A stretch of 64,000 bases of DNA, from contig CP147780.1 in assembly GCA_037310415.1 (NCBI GenBank), positions 704,001 to 768,000 of the forward strand. The letters are read 5' to 3'. The DNA is from Candidatus Atabeyarchaeum deiterrae. GTDB lineage: Archaea; Asgardarchaeota; Atabeyarchaeia; Atabeyarchaeales; Atabeyarchaeaceae. The notes beneath the pieces are model-generated. The model saw nothing but the letters and a program-made list of their open reading frames with translations, had not been told where the DNA came from and searched no databases. The position numbers were made by a program, and so were the translations under genes. Positions 31,301 to 41,029 of this stretch are shown piece after piece; position 1 is the stretch's first letter, and each line of letters begins with the position of its first letter.

Positions 31301-31950
31301 ACTGCATCTTCCTTTTCTTTCTCCAGACGGTCGAGTTCGTCCTTTGCCATTTTGACTTTGTCGTTGATCCTTTGGAGGTTCTGGTTGACCTCTTCAAGCT
31401 CCTTCAGTGCTCTCTCCTTTTTCTCATCATAAGTTGCAATTCCAGCTATCTTTTCTATCAATTCTTTGCGTTCTTCTGGGCTTAACCTTATAATGCGAGC
31501 TAACTCACCTTGAGGTACTATGTTGTATCCTTCGGGGTCTATCCCTACCATACTTAGAATGTCAAGCAGTTCAGTTCTGGTCGTCAGGCGACCATTTAGA
31601 CGGTAAGCTCCGTGGCCCTGGCGATCAACCTGCCGCGACATCACAAGGTCGTCAGAATCGATTGGAATCTTCCTGTCAGAGTTGTCGAAGTGAAGAGTAA
31701 CGCGAGAATAGTCGGCTGGCTTCTCTGTGGATGATGACGCAGGATTATAGATGAGATCAGAGAAGGATCCTGCCCTTACAAACTTTGCACTTAGGATGCC
31801 GAGTGTGAAACAGATTGCATCAAGGACGTTGCTCTTACCGCTACCGTTAGCTCCAACGACGGCCGTAAGCCCTTTAGAGAATCTTAGGCTCACGGTTTTC
31901 CTTCCGAAGGATTTGAACCCTCTTAGGACGATTTTTCTCAAGTACACCAA
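28384..31950 (-). CDS. smc: chromosome segregation protein SMC
   Basis: GFKSF, GANGSGKSN, coiled coils, hinge (GRASFLPL, G.ITGG), LSGGE, MDEIDAFLD. Confidence 0.98.
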   Translation of the reverse strand: MVYLRKIVLRGFKSFGRKTVSLRFSKGLTAVVGANGSGKSNVLDAICFTLGILSAKFVRAGSFSDLIYNPASSSTEKPADYSRVTLHFDNSDRKIPIDSDDLVMSRQVDRQGHGAYRLNGRLTTRTELLDILSMVGIDPEGYNIVPQGELARIIRLSPEERKELIEKIAGIATYDEKKERALKELEEVNQNLQRINDKVKMAKDELDRLEKEKEDAVRWQQADNEIKNLQASLIHAELTRAKTNLQEALKSLDAKNAQLGKLKLEEETAAKNHEDLSNRTNEIEPAVVSRESELDGIQSRILESRQQISENENASNYVQEKVESNLSRLKSLQEKSINIKKAVENTSNDIKTFEDRRKVLLKGIEDTTATVKLFTGQISELDGEFGKKRKQLEEIVANINELKSELSQNIARQQLLEKEKTYLGQEITRLRQTKEESNKNSSIAKNDMVTLKNEQVASIDHLSDSKAELVRDEQELSSVRKQLEETDAIIKRIRDELIRIRAKMDAIRETRMFMSHGRRAAIKDILKLKDQKSYEGICGTIGDLIEVPDEYSTAVEASAGFRLTYVVTKSEDDAARLIEYLKKAKTGRASFLPLDALKARIPTKYPKSEGVMGLISDLIKFNKEYEAAIDYVFGNTLLVKDLAVARSLKNSDLRRVTLEGDVVEPAGLITGGFYRKGKQADEKSSLIRLEEELKGLEATRKTLYDKIRTLTKTTLDLRESINIDEKKLEVAAVKLTEKSNRTKELDQIAQNAQTELNSKNKRLEEVIKDSAEPSETIRKLEDNLSAISSQEKKLRALLDTSEASKIGDMLKEKEKELTQLNGELRKVEISIAQSTTKIDQLTPQGEETKKLIDEITSAIPSLQSDLDSKQTKLNVLNEELKSVTSQRDKTKEEVDSLKKKLNENRTALRDSSKNLNAIKERTNQIKMDINGFNIRKESLESEISSAEKRIQEYPEFQSLSNRELNERETIEKVRRFKEEQAALGHVNMKAIEQHDTVKGNYDEIISKRDKVQDEKKSILEFMEKIEREKLKIFTDTFNDISNNFREIFNYLSPTIRAELVLENTDQPLLGGIAIKVRTTNMEVANIEALSGGEKSLTALALTFAIQKHQPAPFYVMDEIDAFLDEVNAVRVADLLKELSKNSQFIVVTLKQALMTRADSLVGVSRNAETGVSNIVSADIGEMMKTPAS

Positions 31951-32168
31951 GGGAACCTCACCGCTCGCAAATGTAAGAGCTAATGTCCGTTTTGTGTACC
32001 AAATCTGGCGGCTCTCTTAAAACCGCTACAACGGAACTGAGCGCCCCATTTCGCCGATATCAGTGAACTGTTCTAACCCCGTAACAAATTAGTCTTTTGG
32101 TCTGCAGAACAAAGTACGTGTTACGGTGAGACTCTCATTGTCATACCAAGATTTCATGTTCGGCGGAT

Positions 32169-32852
32169 TCAGAATGCGATCATCACATGGGCCTTGTCAA
32201 AAGGCTCAAGATGAACAACTTTCTTTATCTCGAATTCTTTCTGCAATGCTTCGGTTTCCTTTTTGAATATCTCTGAGGGTTCCTTGGTGACATCTATACT
32301 TCTCGCTTTTATTGCTAAGAAACCGTGCCCCCCTTCCTTAAGAAACATTTTGGCATTCTTGATCATAATCTCGCTTTGATTGGGCTGCGCCACATCTTGG
32401 TAGATCAAGTCAACTTCTTGAACAAGCATTCTGTACTTCTCAGGGAATCTGGCATCGGCAAGTATCGGAAGCATGTTCTTGCGATACTCACAGACAGCTA
32501 CAAGCTCCCTCATAACTCTCGGTGAGAACTCAACGCAATACACGATCCCATTTTCGCCAACAATGTCAGAGACATGGCTCGAAGTTGTTCCAGAAGCCGC
32601 GCCTAGATATAGAACTCTAGAGCCAAGTTCCAAGGGTACTTCTTCCATACCTTTCACCATTGCCGCAGCTAGTTTGCTTCGGTAGGTATCCCACAGTCGG
32701 TATTCTTTACCTGAGACTTGAACGAGTCTTTCACCATAGACCCTCCGACCGGGGGCAAGATTGAGGGTAGCCAGGTTCTCTCCCCCACCTTTGTCTTCGA
32801 GCGAGACCAAAAAGATATTCTTGCAGCCTTTGTATTCTTTCACTACTGTCAT
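32169..32852 (-). CDS. flpA: fibrillarin rRNA/tRNA 2'-O-methyltransferase
   Basis: VYGE, RSKLAA, LYLGAASGTT.SHVSD, DVAQPNQ, KARSID. Confidence 0.97.
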   Translation of the reverse strand: MTVVKEYKGCKNIFLVSLEDKGGGENLATLNLAPGRRVYGERLVQVSGKEYRLWDTYRSKLAAAMVKGMEEVPLELGSRVLYLGAASGTTSSHVSDIVGENGIVYCVEFSPRVMRELVAVCEYRKNMLPILADARFPEKYRMLVQEVDLIYQDVAQPNQSEIMIKNAKMFLKEGGHGFLAIKARSIDVTKEPSEIFKKETEALQKEFEIKKVVHLEPFDKAHVMIAF

Positions 32853-32904
32853 TCCAACAACATTCTCCTTCGCAGTCTTGAAGATACTAAACTAGAAAGG
32901 TACT

Positions 32905-34140
32905 TCAAAATCTCCTTCTGTCGCGTCTCTTCATCTCACGTTTATCCCACTCGGGTCTTGGTCTTGGAGGTTGTTTGTGAGCCGTTGGTTTTGGGTATTT
33001 CTTCTTTATGTCTTCAATTCTCTTGTCCAAGTTGTATTTGAGTTCCTCAGCTTGATATTCACCAGAATAAGCATCTATCTTTGAAGCTATGGAGAGTTTT
33101 CCTGCTAGTACACGGGCAACTTTTCCTCTGTGCCACCATGCTGCGCGGTGGATTAGCGGGTGCTGGAATATTATCCCGTGTTTGGGAGGATTGGCTCCCG
33201 TCTTAAGTGCCCTGAACAATGCTTTCTCCGCACCAAGTACCTGAACGGTGCTAGCGGGGAGCCTTGAGAGTTCCTCTAAACCGCCAGCTAGACTTATTAG
33301 ACGAGCTCCGATCATGGGACCAGCTAGTCCCGTAAGGTTTGGAGCAACTTCCTTCATGACATCATTGACATATTCTTCGATCTCGCTGCGTATTCTATAC
33401 AGGCTTAATATGATGGAAGCGAAGTCCTTAATAGGTGCAAGATCGAATTCAGCTATTCTAGCACCCATAGACTTCTTGGCTGACTGTTCAATTGCGGAAT
33501 ACAAAGCATCTGAGAACTTTGCGGCGTTGCGCCAGTTATCCTGGGTGAATCCCGTCCTCTCGCCGATTTTGGCTGCCAATAGGGCGTACGTTTGATGATT
33601 CTCGATCAGCCTGTTCAACTCAGGGAAATGGAGACCGTACCATTCTCTAATTCGCGAGGCGAACAGGTTAAGTGTTTTGTCAACTTCATCCGTAGTCTCA
33701 ATGGCTTGGACAATCAGTTTGTCTCTTCTCTCAGCAGCCCCTCGGATCTTCTGTCTACTTAGGAGTAAGCTGATCTCATGGAGCAATGAGTATAATTCCT
33801 CGAGACTGCTTACTAAGCCAACTTCATTTGGGGATCTAGCCATTTTTGACCTGAGAGTTCTACCTGCAGAGCTCGGGGTCTCTACGTGCGCCCGAACAGC
33901 GTACTTCTTCACTATGTTGTTTGCGAGCTGTTCCTCTTCCAGAGTAAACTCATCGAAACCCCTCCCAACCAATCGTCTGAGGACGCTGTCAATCTCATCT
34001 ATTATCTCCCCTTGTTCAAGTCTAGCAATGTTTCTGGCGATTGCATCTGGATCCCTTCGAAAGAAGCTCTTCTCAACCAAATTGAGCGATTCATCGAATC
34101 CAAATATGCCAACTAGTGACTCAACAATGTAAGCCCGCAA
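32905..34140 (-). CDS. nop5: box C/D RNP protein Nop5 (Nop56/58)
   Basis: REWYGLHFPEL, APNL, PASTVQVLGAEKALF, PKHGIIF. Confidence 0.97.
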   Translation of the reverse strand: MRAYIVESLVGIFGFDESLNLVEKSFFRRDPDAIARNIARLEQGEIIDEIDSVLRRLVGRGFDEFTLEEEQLANNIVKKYAVRAHVETPSSAGRTLRSKMARSPNEVGLVSSLEELYSLLHEISLLLSRQKIRGAAERRDKLIVQAIETTDEVDKTLNLFASRIREWYGLHFPELNRLIENHQTYALLAAKIGERTGFTQDNWRNAAKFSDALYSAIEQSAKKSMGARIAEFDLAPIKDFASIILSLYRIRSEIEEYVNDVMKEVAPNLTGLAGPMIGARLISLAGGLEELSRLPASTVQVLGAEKALFRALKTGANPPKHGIIFQHPLIHRAAWWHRGKVARVLAGKLSIASKIDAYSGEYQAEELKYNLDKRIEDIKKKYPKPTAHKQPPRPRPEWDKREMKRRDRRRF

Positions 34141-34294
34141 ACTTGGTTATCCTCCGCCAAAGCTAAGGGAAAAATTGCAGTGACTTGATCGAGTTCCATA
34201 AAGGTTTAACTACATCTGTATTACCATGATCAATTGACTTATTATATTATCTCTTTCACTTGACATGATTCTTGACTCAAGGTGGGTGATAGGT

Positions 34295-35209
34295 TTGCCC
34301 AAGCAAAGCATTCAGCTCGGTACGGAATCGCTTGGATTTCGAATGAGTAACCCCACAATGCTCGCCTCTGGGATACTTGGCATGAGCAGGTTCACATTGG
34401 AACAGGTAGCACGGGCAGGGGCTGGGGCGGTCGTTACTAAGTCTATTGGTTCTGAGTTCGAGAAGGGATACTCCAATCCGACTATAGTCGAGGTCGATAG
34501 TGGATATCTAAACGCCATGGGATTACCCAACCCTGGTGTTAAGGCATATATCAACGAAATATCAGAACTAAAGGCCGCTACAAATGTTCCGATAGTCGGG
34601 AGCGTATACGGCAAAGATCCTGAGGAATTCGCCGCGGTAGCCTCGATGCTGGAAAGAGCAGGGATCACAGCAATCGAGGCAAACGTATCTTGTCCACATG
34701 CAAAAATCGGCTCGATAGGACAGGATCCTGATTGCGTGAGAGAAGTAGCCAAAGCTATCAGAGACGCCATTAGTGTTCCTCTCTTTGTCAAGTTAAACCC
34801 TAATGTTACCAGCATCGTCGAGATCGCGAAAGCTGCCGAGGAGGGAGGATGTAACGCAATAACCGCAATAAACACAGTACGAGCGATGGTAATAGACATC
34901 GATGCCTGTTCGCCAATTCTTGGTAACCGTTATGGAGGCCTGTCGGGACCTGCGATAAAACCGATCGCCGTTAGATGTATCTATGAACTTTTTGAGAATG
35001 TCAAGATTCCTCTGATTGGGGTCGGCGGAATCGATAGCTGGGAGGATGCTATTGAATTCCTGCTTGCTGGCGCATCTGCTATCCAGATTGGAACGGGTTT
35101 GATTAAGGGCCTCACAGTTTTCAATGAAATTGTGGCCGGGATAACTGGGTACATGAAGAAGAAGGGCTACAAAGAATTAGATGAGATTGTAGGACGAGCA
35201 CATAGGTAG
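34295..35209 (+). CDS. pyrD: dihydroorotate dehydrogenase B, catalytic subunit
   Basis: ASG, NAMGLPNPG, NVSCPH, VKL.PN, INT, GGLSG; TTG at 34295 with GGTGA SD. Confidence 0.95.
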   Translation: MPKQSIQLGTESLGFRMSNPTMLASGILGMSRFTLEQVARAGAGAVVTKSIGSEFEKGYSNPTIVEVDSGYLNAMGLPNPGVKAYINEISELKAATNVPIVGSVYGKDPEEFAAVASMLERAGITAIEANVSCPHAKIGSIGQDPDCVREVAKAIRDAISVPLFVKLNPNVTSIVEIAKAAEEGGCNAITAINTVRAMVIDIDACSPILGNRYGGLSGPAIKPIAVRCIYELFENVKIPLIGVGGIDSWEDAIEFLLAGASAIQIGTGLIKGLTVFNEIVAGITGYMKKKGYKELDEIVGRAHR

Positions 35210-35231
35210 AAAACGGGAGGAAGGCAGAAGA

Positions 35232-36035
35232 TTGAAGCCGACTGACACAACCAGAAACCGTCCGACAATCTGCCGAGTGACGTCAACTGATCACCAGACT
35301 GAAGACACTAAGACGATTAAAATTGAGACACCGTCATACATCTGTAAGACAGCTCAACCGGGACAGTTCCTAATGATATGGATACCTGGCATTGATGAGA
35401 TACCGATGAGCATTTCAAACATAGTCGGTGAACATGAAATATGGATTACCGTTAAGAAATTGGGAGAAGCTACTTCGGCAATTCACAAAGTTACAGCTGG
35501 CGGGATATTGGGACTCAGAGGGCCATATGGGAACGGTTTCTCACTTGAAGGTCGTAATGTACTTATTGTTGCAGGAGGAATCGGGGCTGCACCCCTTCTG
35601 TTTCTAACCAGCAGACTCACGAGCAAGAACAGAAAGATCACAATTGTGCTGGGTGCACGCTCGGAAGGAAAGGTAACCCTACAGAAGGATTTCGAGAAAC
35701 TTCTCAGGAAGAACAGATTCTCTAGTCTCATTGTTGCGACTGACGATGGTTCACTTGGGACGAGGGGATATGCCAGTGACATAGCGCGGGTTCTGATGGA
35801 GAAAGAAAGATATGAAAGGGTTTATACATGTGGCCCAGAACTCATGATGCAAAAAGTCATTAGCACAGCGATGAGCAGGAGACTTGGAGTAGAGGCGTCT
35901 CTGGAAAGATATATGCGGTGCGGTATTGGGATCTGTGGCAGTTGTTACATAGGCAAGTACTTGGTTTGCAAGGATGGACCTGTCTTCTCAAGCGAGAAGC
36001 TTAAGGAGATAGTTAAGTTTCTCGAGATGGAATAA
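35232..36035 (+). CDS. pyrK: dihydroorotate dehydrogenase electron transfer subunit
   Basis: PGQF, RGPYGNGF, GGIGAAP, CGPE, CGIGICGSC...CKDGPVF. Confidence 0.95.
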   Translation: MKPTDTTRNRPTICRVTSTDHQTEDTKTIKIETPSYICKTAQPGQFLMIWIPGIDEIPMSISNIVGEHEIWITVKKLGEATSAIHKVTAGGILGLRGPYGNGFSLEGRNVLIVAGGIGAAPLLFLTSRLTSKNRKITIVLGARSEGKVTLQKDFEKLLRKNRFSSLIVATDDGSLGTRGYASDIARVLMEKERYERVYTCGPELMMQKVISTAMSRRLGVEASLERYMRCGIGICGSCYIGKYLVCKDGPVFSSEKLKEIVKFLEME

Positions 36036-36043
36036 GAATCATA

Positions 36044-36523
36044 ATGTTGACGGGTGAGGGTTGCTCATTGAGTCCAGTCAAGATGGTCGATATCGGAGAC
36101 AAAGATGAGGTCGTCAGAACCGCAAAAGCTGTTGGAAGAATAACCCTCAGACCGCAGACTATTAAGAGAATAGAGAACGACTCGGTTGAGAAGGGTGACG
36201 TCACATCTTGTGCGCAGATCGCAGGTATTCTCTCAGCCAAGAGGACCCACGAGATAATACCACTATGCCATCTGATACCGATAAGTAAAATCGAGATTAA
36301 GGTAGACATCGATGGTAATGATGTCATCGTAAACTCTGAGGTTTCTGCTTCAGCTAAGACGGGAGTCGAGATGGAAGCGCTAACCTCTGTTGCAGCAGCT
36401 TTGCTCACGATCTGGGATATGACAAAGAAGTATGAGAAGGATGAAAACGGGCAATATCCCTCAACGATGATAAAAGACATCCGCGTCGTAAGCAAGACAA
36501 AAGAGGAGAATCGAAAGAAATGA
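36044..36523 (+). CDS. moaC: cyclic pyranopterin monophosphate synthase
   Basis: MVDI..K, KGDV, IPLCH, TGVEMEAL, WDMTK. Confidence 0.95.
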   Translation: MLTGEGCSLSPVKMVDIGDKDEVVRTAKAVGRITLRPQTIKRIENDSVEKGDVTSCAQIAGILSAKRTHEIIPLCHLIPISKIEIKVDIDGNDVIVNSEVSASAKTGVEMEALTSVAAALLTIWDMTKKYEKDENGQYPSTMIKDIRVVSKTKEENRKK

Positions 36524-37050
36524 CCTACGCAGACCATAAGAAGATCGCCCCTAGCAATGCCAGATTCGTGATTTTGGTGATAGGTGATTCACGATATAAA
36601 CAATACAAAGAAGGACAGGAATTCTCTGATGAATCTTCCATCACAGCGAAGCGCACTATAGAAGAAAAGGGATTTGTAGTCTCAGCTAGACAGTTAGTTC
36701 CTGATGATAGCGCAAGGATCATTGGGAGTCTTCTTAGTCTGATTGAAGGAGACGATTGTGACGCGATTGTCACAATAGGTGGAACTGGACTCGCTAAGAG
36801 AGACGTCACCATTGAGTCCGTGAAAAAACTCATCGAAAACGGAAAGGAAATCCCTGGGTTCGGAGAAATCTTCAGAAGTCTCAGTTACCTCAAGATCGGA
36901 ACGCCGGCAATTCTTAGTAGAGCTCTGGCAGGCGTAATAAGAGACAAGCCTGTTTTTTGCCTCCCAGGATCACCTCAGTCTGTTGAGTTAGGGTTGAAAG
37001 AACTTGTCCTGCCTGAAATCGGGCACATACTGAAGCATATTAGAGATTAG
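36520..37050 (+). CDS. moaB: molybdopterin adenylyltransferase MoaB/Mog
   Basis: GGTG..RDVT, PGFGE.FR, SRA.AG, LPGSP. Confidence 0.9.
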   Translation: MTYADHKKIAPSNARFVILVIGDSRYKQYKEGQEFSDESSITAKRTIEEKGFVVSARQLVPDDSARIIGSLLSLIEGDDCDAIVTIGGTGLAKRDVTIESVKKLIENGKEIPGFGEIFRSLSYLKIGTPAILSRALAGVIRDKPVFCLPGSPQSVELGLKELVLPEIGHILKHIRD

Positions 37051-37085
37051 AAAGATCGAAGGTACAGTTCGGCAGGTTTGAGAGA

Positions 37086-38324
37086 ATGAGTTTTCATGAA
37101 ATAAAACAGCGAGTGACAGTTGAGACTGCGTTAGATCTGTTGTTCTCAAAGATAAACAAGATTGGAGTCGAACAGGTCAATATAGCAGAATCACTCGGGA
37201 GAGTAGTGACCTCTGAAGTGAGGTCTGAAGTTAATGTCCCTCACTTTAATCGTTCCGCGATGGATGGTTTCGCAGTCGTTGCAAGTGACACTTTCGGGTG
37301 CAGCCAGCAGAATCCCGCTACTGTGGAGATCGTTGGAGAGTACAAAGTAGATGAGACTCCCAAATTAAGGCTAAGTAGCGGGAAGACAGTTGGGGTTGCA
37401 ACAGGTTCACAAGTTCCTGACGGGGCAGATGCTGTAGTCAAAGTCGAGAATACGACTCGGGACAAACATTTGCTGAAGATCTTCTTTCCGGTCACGCCTG
37501 GGGAGAACGTATCAAAGATGGGAGAAGATGTGAGAAAAGGCGAAGTGGTAGTGGAGTCAGGTCAGGTTGTTCGCCCGCAAGATGTGTCTATTCTCGTAGC
37601 ATGTGGTATCCTGGAAATCGGCGTTGCCAAGAGGCCAACCGTGGGGATAATCGCGACTGGGAACGAACTCGTCCAACCAGAGGGCAAGCCAATTCCTGGG
37701 AAAGTTTTCAACGTGAATTCGTATTCTTTGTCAGCATACGTTACACTTTATGGGGGTCAGCCGAAGGATCTGGGAATCGTAGGAGACTCGCAAGCGGAGT
37801 TAAGAAACTCATTAGAGTCAGCTTTGAAATACGATCTCGCAGTGTTCTCGGGTGGCACATCAGTGGGAAAGGAAGATATGTTGCCCGATGTTGTGTCTTC
37901 GGCTGGTGAGATGTTGTTTAGGGGAGTTTCGATGCGACCAGGTGGACCAACAGCGGTCGGTCTTGTTCACGATAAACCGGTATTTCTGTTGCCTGGTTTT
38001 CCGGTGGCGACAATGATAGCATTCGAAGTTTTCGTCGGTCCATCTGTACGCAAAATGATGGGTGCAAAACACCTAGATCCTCGAAACAGAGTCACGGCAC
38101 TGCTGGCTAGTAGGGTTCCTTCTATCCTAGGTAGAAGAGACTATGTAAGGGTCAGACTTCAGGTCAACAAAGAAGGGGAGACAATCGCGTATCCTTTGAT
38201 GAGCGGCGGCTCTGGTATAATAAGCAGTATGACTAAAGCCGATGGGTTAATTGAGGTGCCTGATGATGCCGAAGGATTGGAAAAAGGTTCAAGGGTAACA
38301 GTTAAATTGTTTGGGCTGCGTTGA
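37086..38324 (+). CDS. moeA: molybdopterin molybdo/tungsto-transferase MoeA
   Basis: SAMDGFAV, TGNEL, SGGTSVG..D, MRPGGP, LPGFP. Confidence 0.93.
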   Translation: MSFHEIKQRVTVETALDLLFSKINKIGVEQVNIAESLGRVVTSEVRSEVNVPHFNRSAMDGFAVVASDTFGCSQQNPATVEIVGEYKVDETPKLRLSSGKTVGVATGSQVPDGADAVVKVENTTRDKHLLKIFFPVTPGENVSKMGEDVRKGEVVVESGQVVRPQDVSILVACGILEIGVAKRPTVGIIATGNELVQPEGKPIPGKVFNVNSYSLSAYVTLYGGQPKDLGIVGDSQAELRNSLESALKYDLAVFSGGTSVGKEDMLPDVVSSAGEMLFRGVSMRPGGPTAVGLVHDKPVFLLPGFPVATMIAFEVFVGPSVRKMMGAKHLDPRNRVTALLASRVPSILGRRDYVRVRLQVNKEGETIAYPLMSGGSGIISSMTKADGLIEVPDDAEGLEKGSRVTVKLFGLR

Positions 38325-38352
38325 AGTCACTATCGCCGCACTCTAGCGGGGC

Positions 38353-39648
38353 ATGGGAAGAATCAAAGTGAAGGACAGCGTTTTCCTTAATGTGACTCGA
38401 TTTGAGGATGCTCTTAGTCAACTACGAAAGATCACGCATCCAATACAGGAAATTGAGACAGTCCTTCTGAAAGAATCCCTAAATAGAGTGCTTTCCCTAG
38501 ATATCAAGTCACCAATAAACGTACCTCATTTTGTCAGATCAGCCCGCGACGGTTACGCGTTGATTGCCGCCGATACGTTCGGCGCCAACGAATACAATCC
38601 AGTCATTCTTCGTCTTGCAGGCGAAGTCTACATAGGAACGGTACCGAATCTGGAATTGTTGAAAGGGGAATGCGCCAAAATCTCCACAGGGGCAATGATC
38701 CCGAAGGGAGCAGATAGCATAACAATGATTGAGTACGCCGAGGAAATAGCTGGTCAGGTCAAAGTTCACCGACCGGCTGCTCCCGGAGAGAACGTCATCA
38801 GAATCGGGACAGACATCAGATCTGGTCAAGTTGTTCTCAAAAGCGGGAAGAGACTCACAGTATTTGACTCAGGAGTTCTATCCTCAATTGGGCTGACACA
38901 AGTTACGGTCTATAGAAAACCGAAGGTAGCGATCATGAGCACGGGGAATGAACTGCTTAGCGCCGGAAGACCACTTGAAGCTGGCAAAGTCTACGATGCT
39001 AATTCGATTACCATTTACCAGGCCGTAGTAGAATCTGGAGGCATTCCGATCGATTTTGGGATACTGCCAGACAGCTTCACTCACATAAGCGACATTGTTA
39101 AGCGCGCTTCACATTCATCGGATGTAGTTCTGATCTCAGGTGGAACGTCAAAGGGACCAGGGGATCTTATGCCTGCAGTCATTCAGCATATTGGTGAACC
39201 AGATCTGTATTTGCATGGAATAGCCATGAAACCAGGAAAACCAACGATTCTGTCTTCTATAGGGGGCAAATTCATTCTTACATTGCCTGGATATCCAACA
39301 TCGACGCTTATTGTTTACTATGCGCTAGTAGATCCCCTGATTAGGGTGATGGCGCGAGAACCGCCGTACAAGTACCGAAAAGTGGAGGCATATGCATCCA
39401 CCAGGATATACTCCGAAATCGGTCGAAAGGAATTCAAGCCCTGCAGAATTTCAAGAAACGATGAAAAGAGAATCTATGTCGAACCAATGCTCACAGGCAG
39501 CGAGTCCCTGACAACTCTTGCGTATTCGGACGGATTCATAATCATCCCTGAGGAAGTGGAGTTCATTGATCAAGATGAGAAAGTGGAACTCTACGTCTTT
39601 CCACATGCACAAGAGAGAATCCATCAGACATTGGGTGAGCAAATCTGA
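38353..39648 (+). CDS. moeA: second MoeA paralogue
   Basis: RDGYA, STGNEL, GGTSKG..D, KPGKPT, LPGYP. Confidence 0.92.
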   Translation: MGRIKVKDSVFLNVTRFEDALSQLRKITHPIQEIETVLLKESLNRVLSLDIKSPINVPHFVRSARDGYALIAADTFGANEYNPVILRLAGEVYIGTVPNLELLKGECAKISTGAMIPKGADSITMIEYAEEIAGQVKVHRPAAPGENVIRIGTDIRSGQVVLKSGKRLTVFDSGVLSSIGLTQVTVYRKPKVAIMSTGNELLSAGRPLEAGKVYDANSITIYQAVVESGGIPIDFGILPDSFTHISDIVKRASHSSDVVLISGGTSKGPGDLMPAVIQHIGEPDLYLHGIAMKPGKPTILSSIGGKFILTLPGYPTSTLIVYYALVDPLIRVMAREPPYKYRKVEAYASTRIYSEIGRKEFKPCRISRNDEKRIYVEPMLTGSESLTTLAYSDGFIIIPEEVEFIDQDEKVELYVFPHAQERIHQTLGEQI

Positions 39649-40149
39649 ATGAGGAAACCGTTTATCCTTTGTGTGGTTGGTCCAAGACGACATGTTGGAA
39701 AGACTGCAGTCATCACACAGATCATTCGAGAAATGAAGAAAAGGGGTCTCTCAGTTGGAACTGTAAAGCATATAGGGGACCGGTCAGCTTTCGACCTGTC
39801 GCCGCGCAAAGACACTAGCAGGCATCTTGAAGCTGGATCGACAATAACCCATGCTGTCACATCATCGGAAATCATAACAATTAGAAGGGATCTTCCGATA
39901 ACACTCGAGTCTGCGCTATCGTTATTCCCAAAGGGGCTTCACTACATACTAGTGGAAGGCTTCAAACAGTCGCAATACCCTAAGATTGTTGTCGTAAATT
40001 CCTTCTCAGAAGATCTGCAAGTAAAAGGGGATGTAATTGCACTAGTTATGGGTGAGAAAGAGATAATGCGGCCTGGGGCAAACACCGACCCAGAGAAGTT
40101 CGACGTTCAACTTCTCGTTAAGTTAATCGAAGATTATTTCGCTTCGTGA
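39649..40149 (+). CDS. mobB: molybdopterin-guanine dinucleotide biosynthesis protein B
   Basis: VGKT, VGTVKH, KDTSRH..AG, LVEGFK. Confidence 0.88.
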   Translation: MRKPFILCVVGPRRHVGKTAVITQIIREMKKRGLSVGTVKHIGDRSAFDLSPRKDTSRHLEAGSTITHAVTSSEIITIRRDLPITLESALSLFPKGLHYILVEGFKQSQYPKIVVVNSFSEDLQVKGDVIALVMGEKEIMRPGANTDPEKFDVQLLVKLIEDYFAS

Positions 40150-40186
40150 ATCGCATCATCTTTCATTCTATTGTTTTAGACGACAC

Positions 40187-41008
40187 TTATTCTCTCAGTC
40201 CTTCAAGCGCATCGAGTATCATTTTCTTAGCAACTAGAACGGTCATACCTTCCGTTATACTCCTCCGAAGTTTTCTCAAGGCATAGTTGTCGACCTCAAA
40301 AGGGAATCCATAATCCACGTCCCACAGAACCAAACCCTCTGGAGGGACCGTAGGAACTCCTCTTTTTGGAAGAGGATTCTTCGGGTCAAACAATTTCTCG
40401 ACATTTTCTGGCCTCAGAAGACCTAGGGATACGTGGATTAGGGTTCCAATGATTTTTCTGATCATTTTTCGGAGAAAGGCGTCACCGATAATACTGATGC
40501 AAGCAAAGTTGTCATTTACTCTAATAATGGAAACATCGGTTATTTCCCGCACTGAGCTGGACCCGGATGGTCTGTGCGCAAAGTTCCTGAAATCGTGAAC
40601 GCCCATGAATAGCTTCGACACTTGTACTATGAGACGCAAATCAATACCATCGTCAACGCGCATGAAATATCTGTAGTGTCTTTTCAATGCCTGACGGGGA
40701 TTGAATGAAACTGGGACCTGGGCTCTTGCCCACACACTTATGCCATCACTCCTTAGCTTGGAGTTAATTACGCGCGGGAGTAAATTCCCGTCCGTATTGA
40801 TGGCAAAAACATTTCCCAGCGCCGATACAAATCTGTCTGTTCTACCCGCTGAACTGAATTTTGCAGCATATAGGTCAGGAGCTACTGCACGTGTTTTTAT
40901 TAGCGCTCTTATTAGCTCGCCTTCAACTGTACTTACGTTCGGCTGCCTCTGAAAACCATAAAATGGTTTAGTTCCATCGTAATAGACTTTGAAAGCATAT
41001 CTTTGCAC
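40187..41008 (-). CDS. truA: tRNA pseudouridine(38-40) synthase
   Basis: YDGT..GFQRQP, AGRTD, GVHDFRNF, FLRKMIR. Confidence 0.94.
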   Translation of the reverse strand: MQRYAFKVYYDGTKPFYGFQRQPNVSTVEGELIRALIKTRAVAPDLYAAKFSSAGRTDRFVSALGNVFAINTDGNLLPRVINSKLRSDGISVWARAQVPVSFNPRQALKRHYRYFMRVDDGIDLRLIVQVSKLFMGVHDFRNFAHRPSGSSSVREITDVSIIRVNDNFACISIIGDAFLRKMIRKIIGTLIHVSLGLLRPENVEKLFDPKNPLPKRGVPTVPPEGLVLWDVDYGFPFEVDNYALRKLRRSITEGMTVLVAKKMILDALEGLRE

Positions 41009-41029
41009 TATTCACATCCCTGCATCGTA

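Noticed and set aside
32154-32171. Possible Sec/readthrough at the fibrillarin TGA (AF*IRRT*)
   Set aside because: The protein is essentially full length and no convincing SECIS-like element is seen downstream
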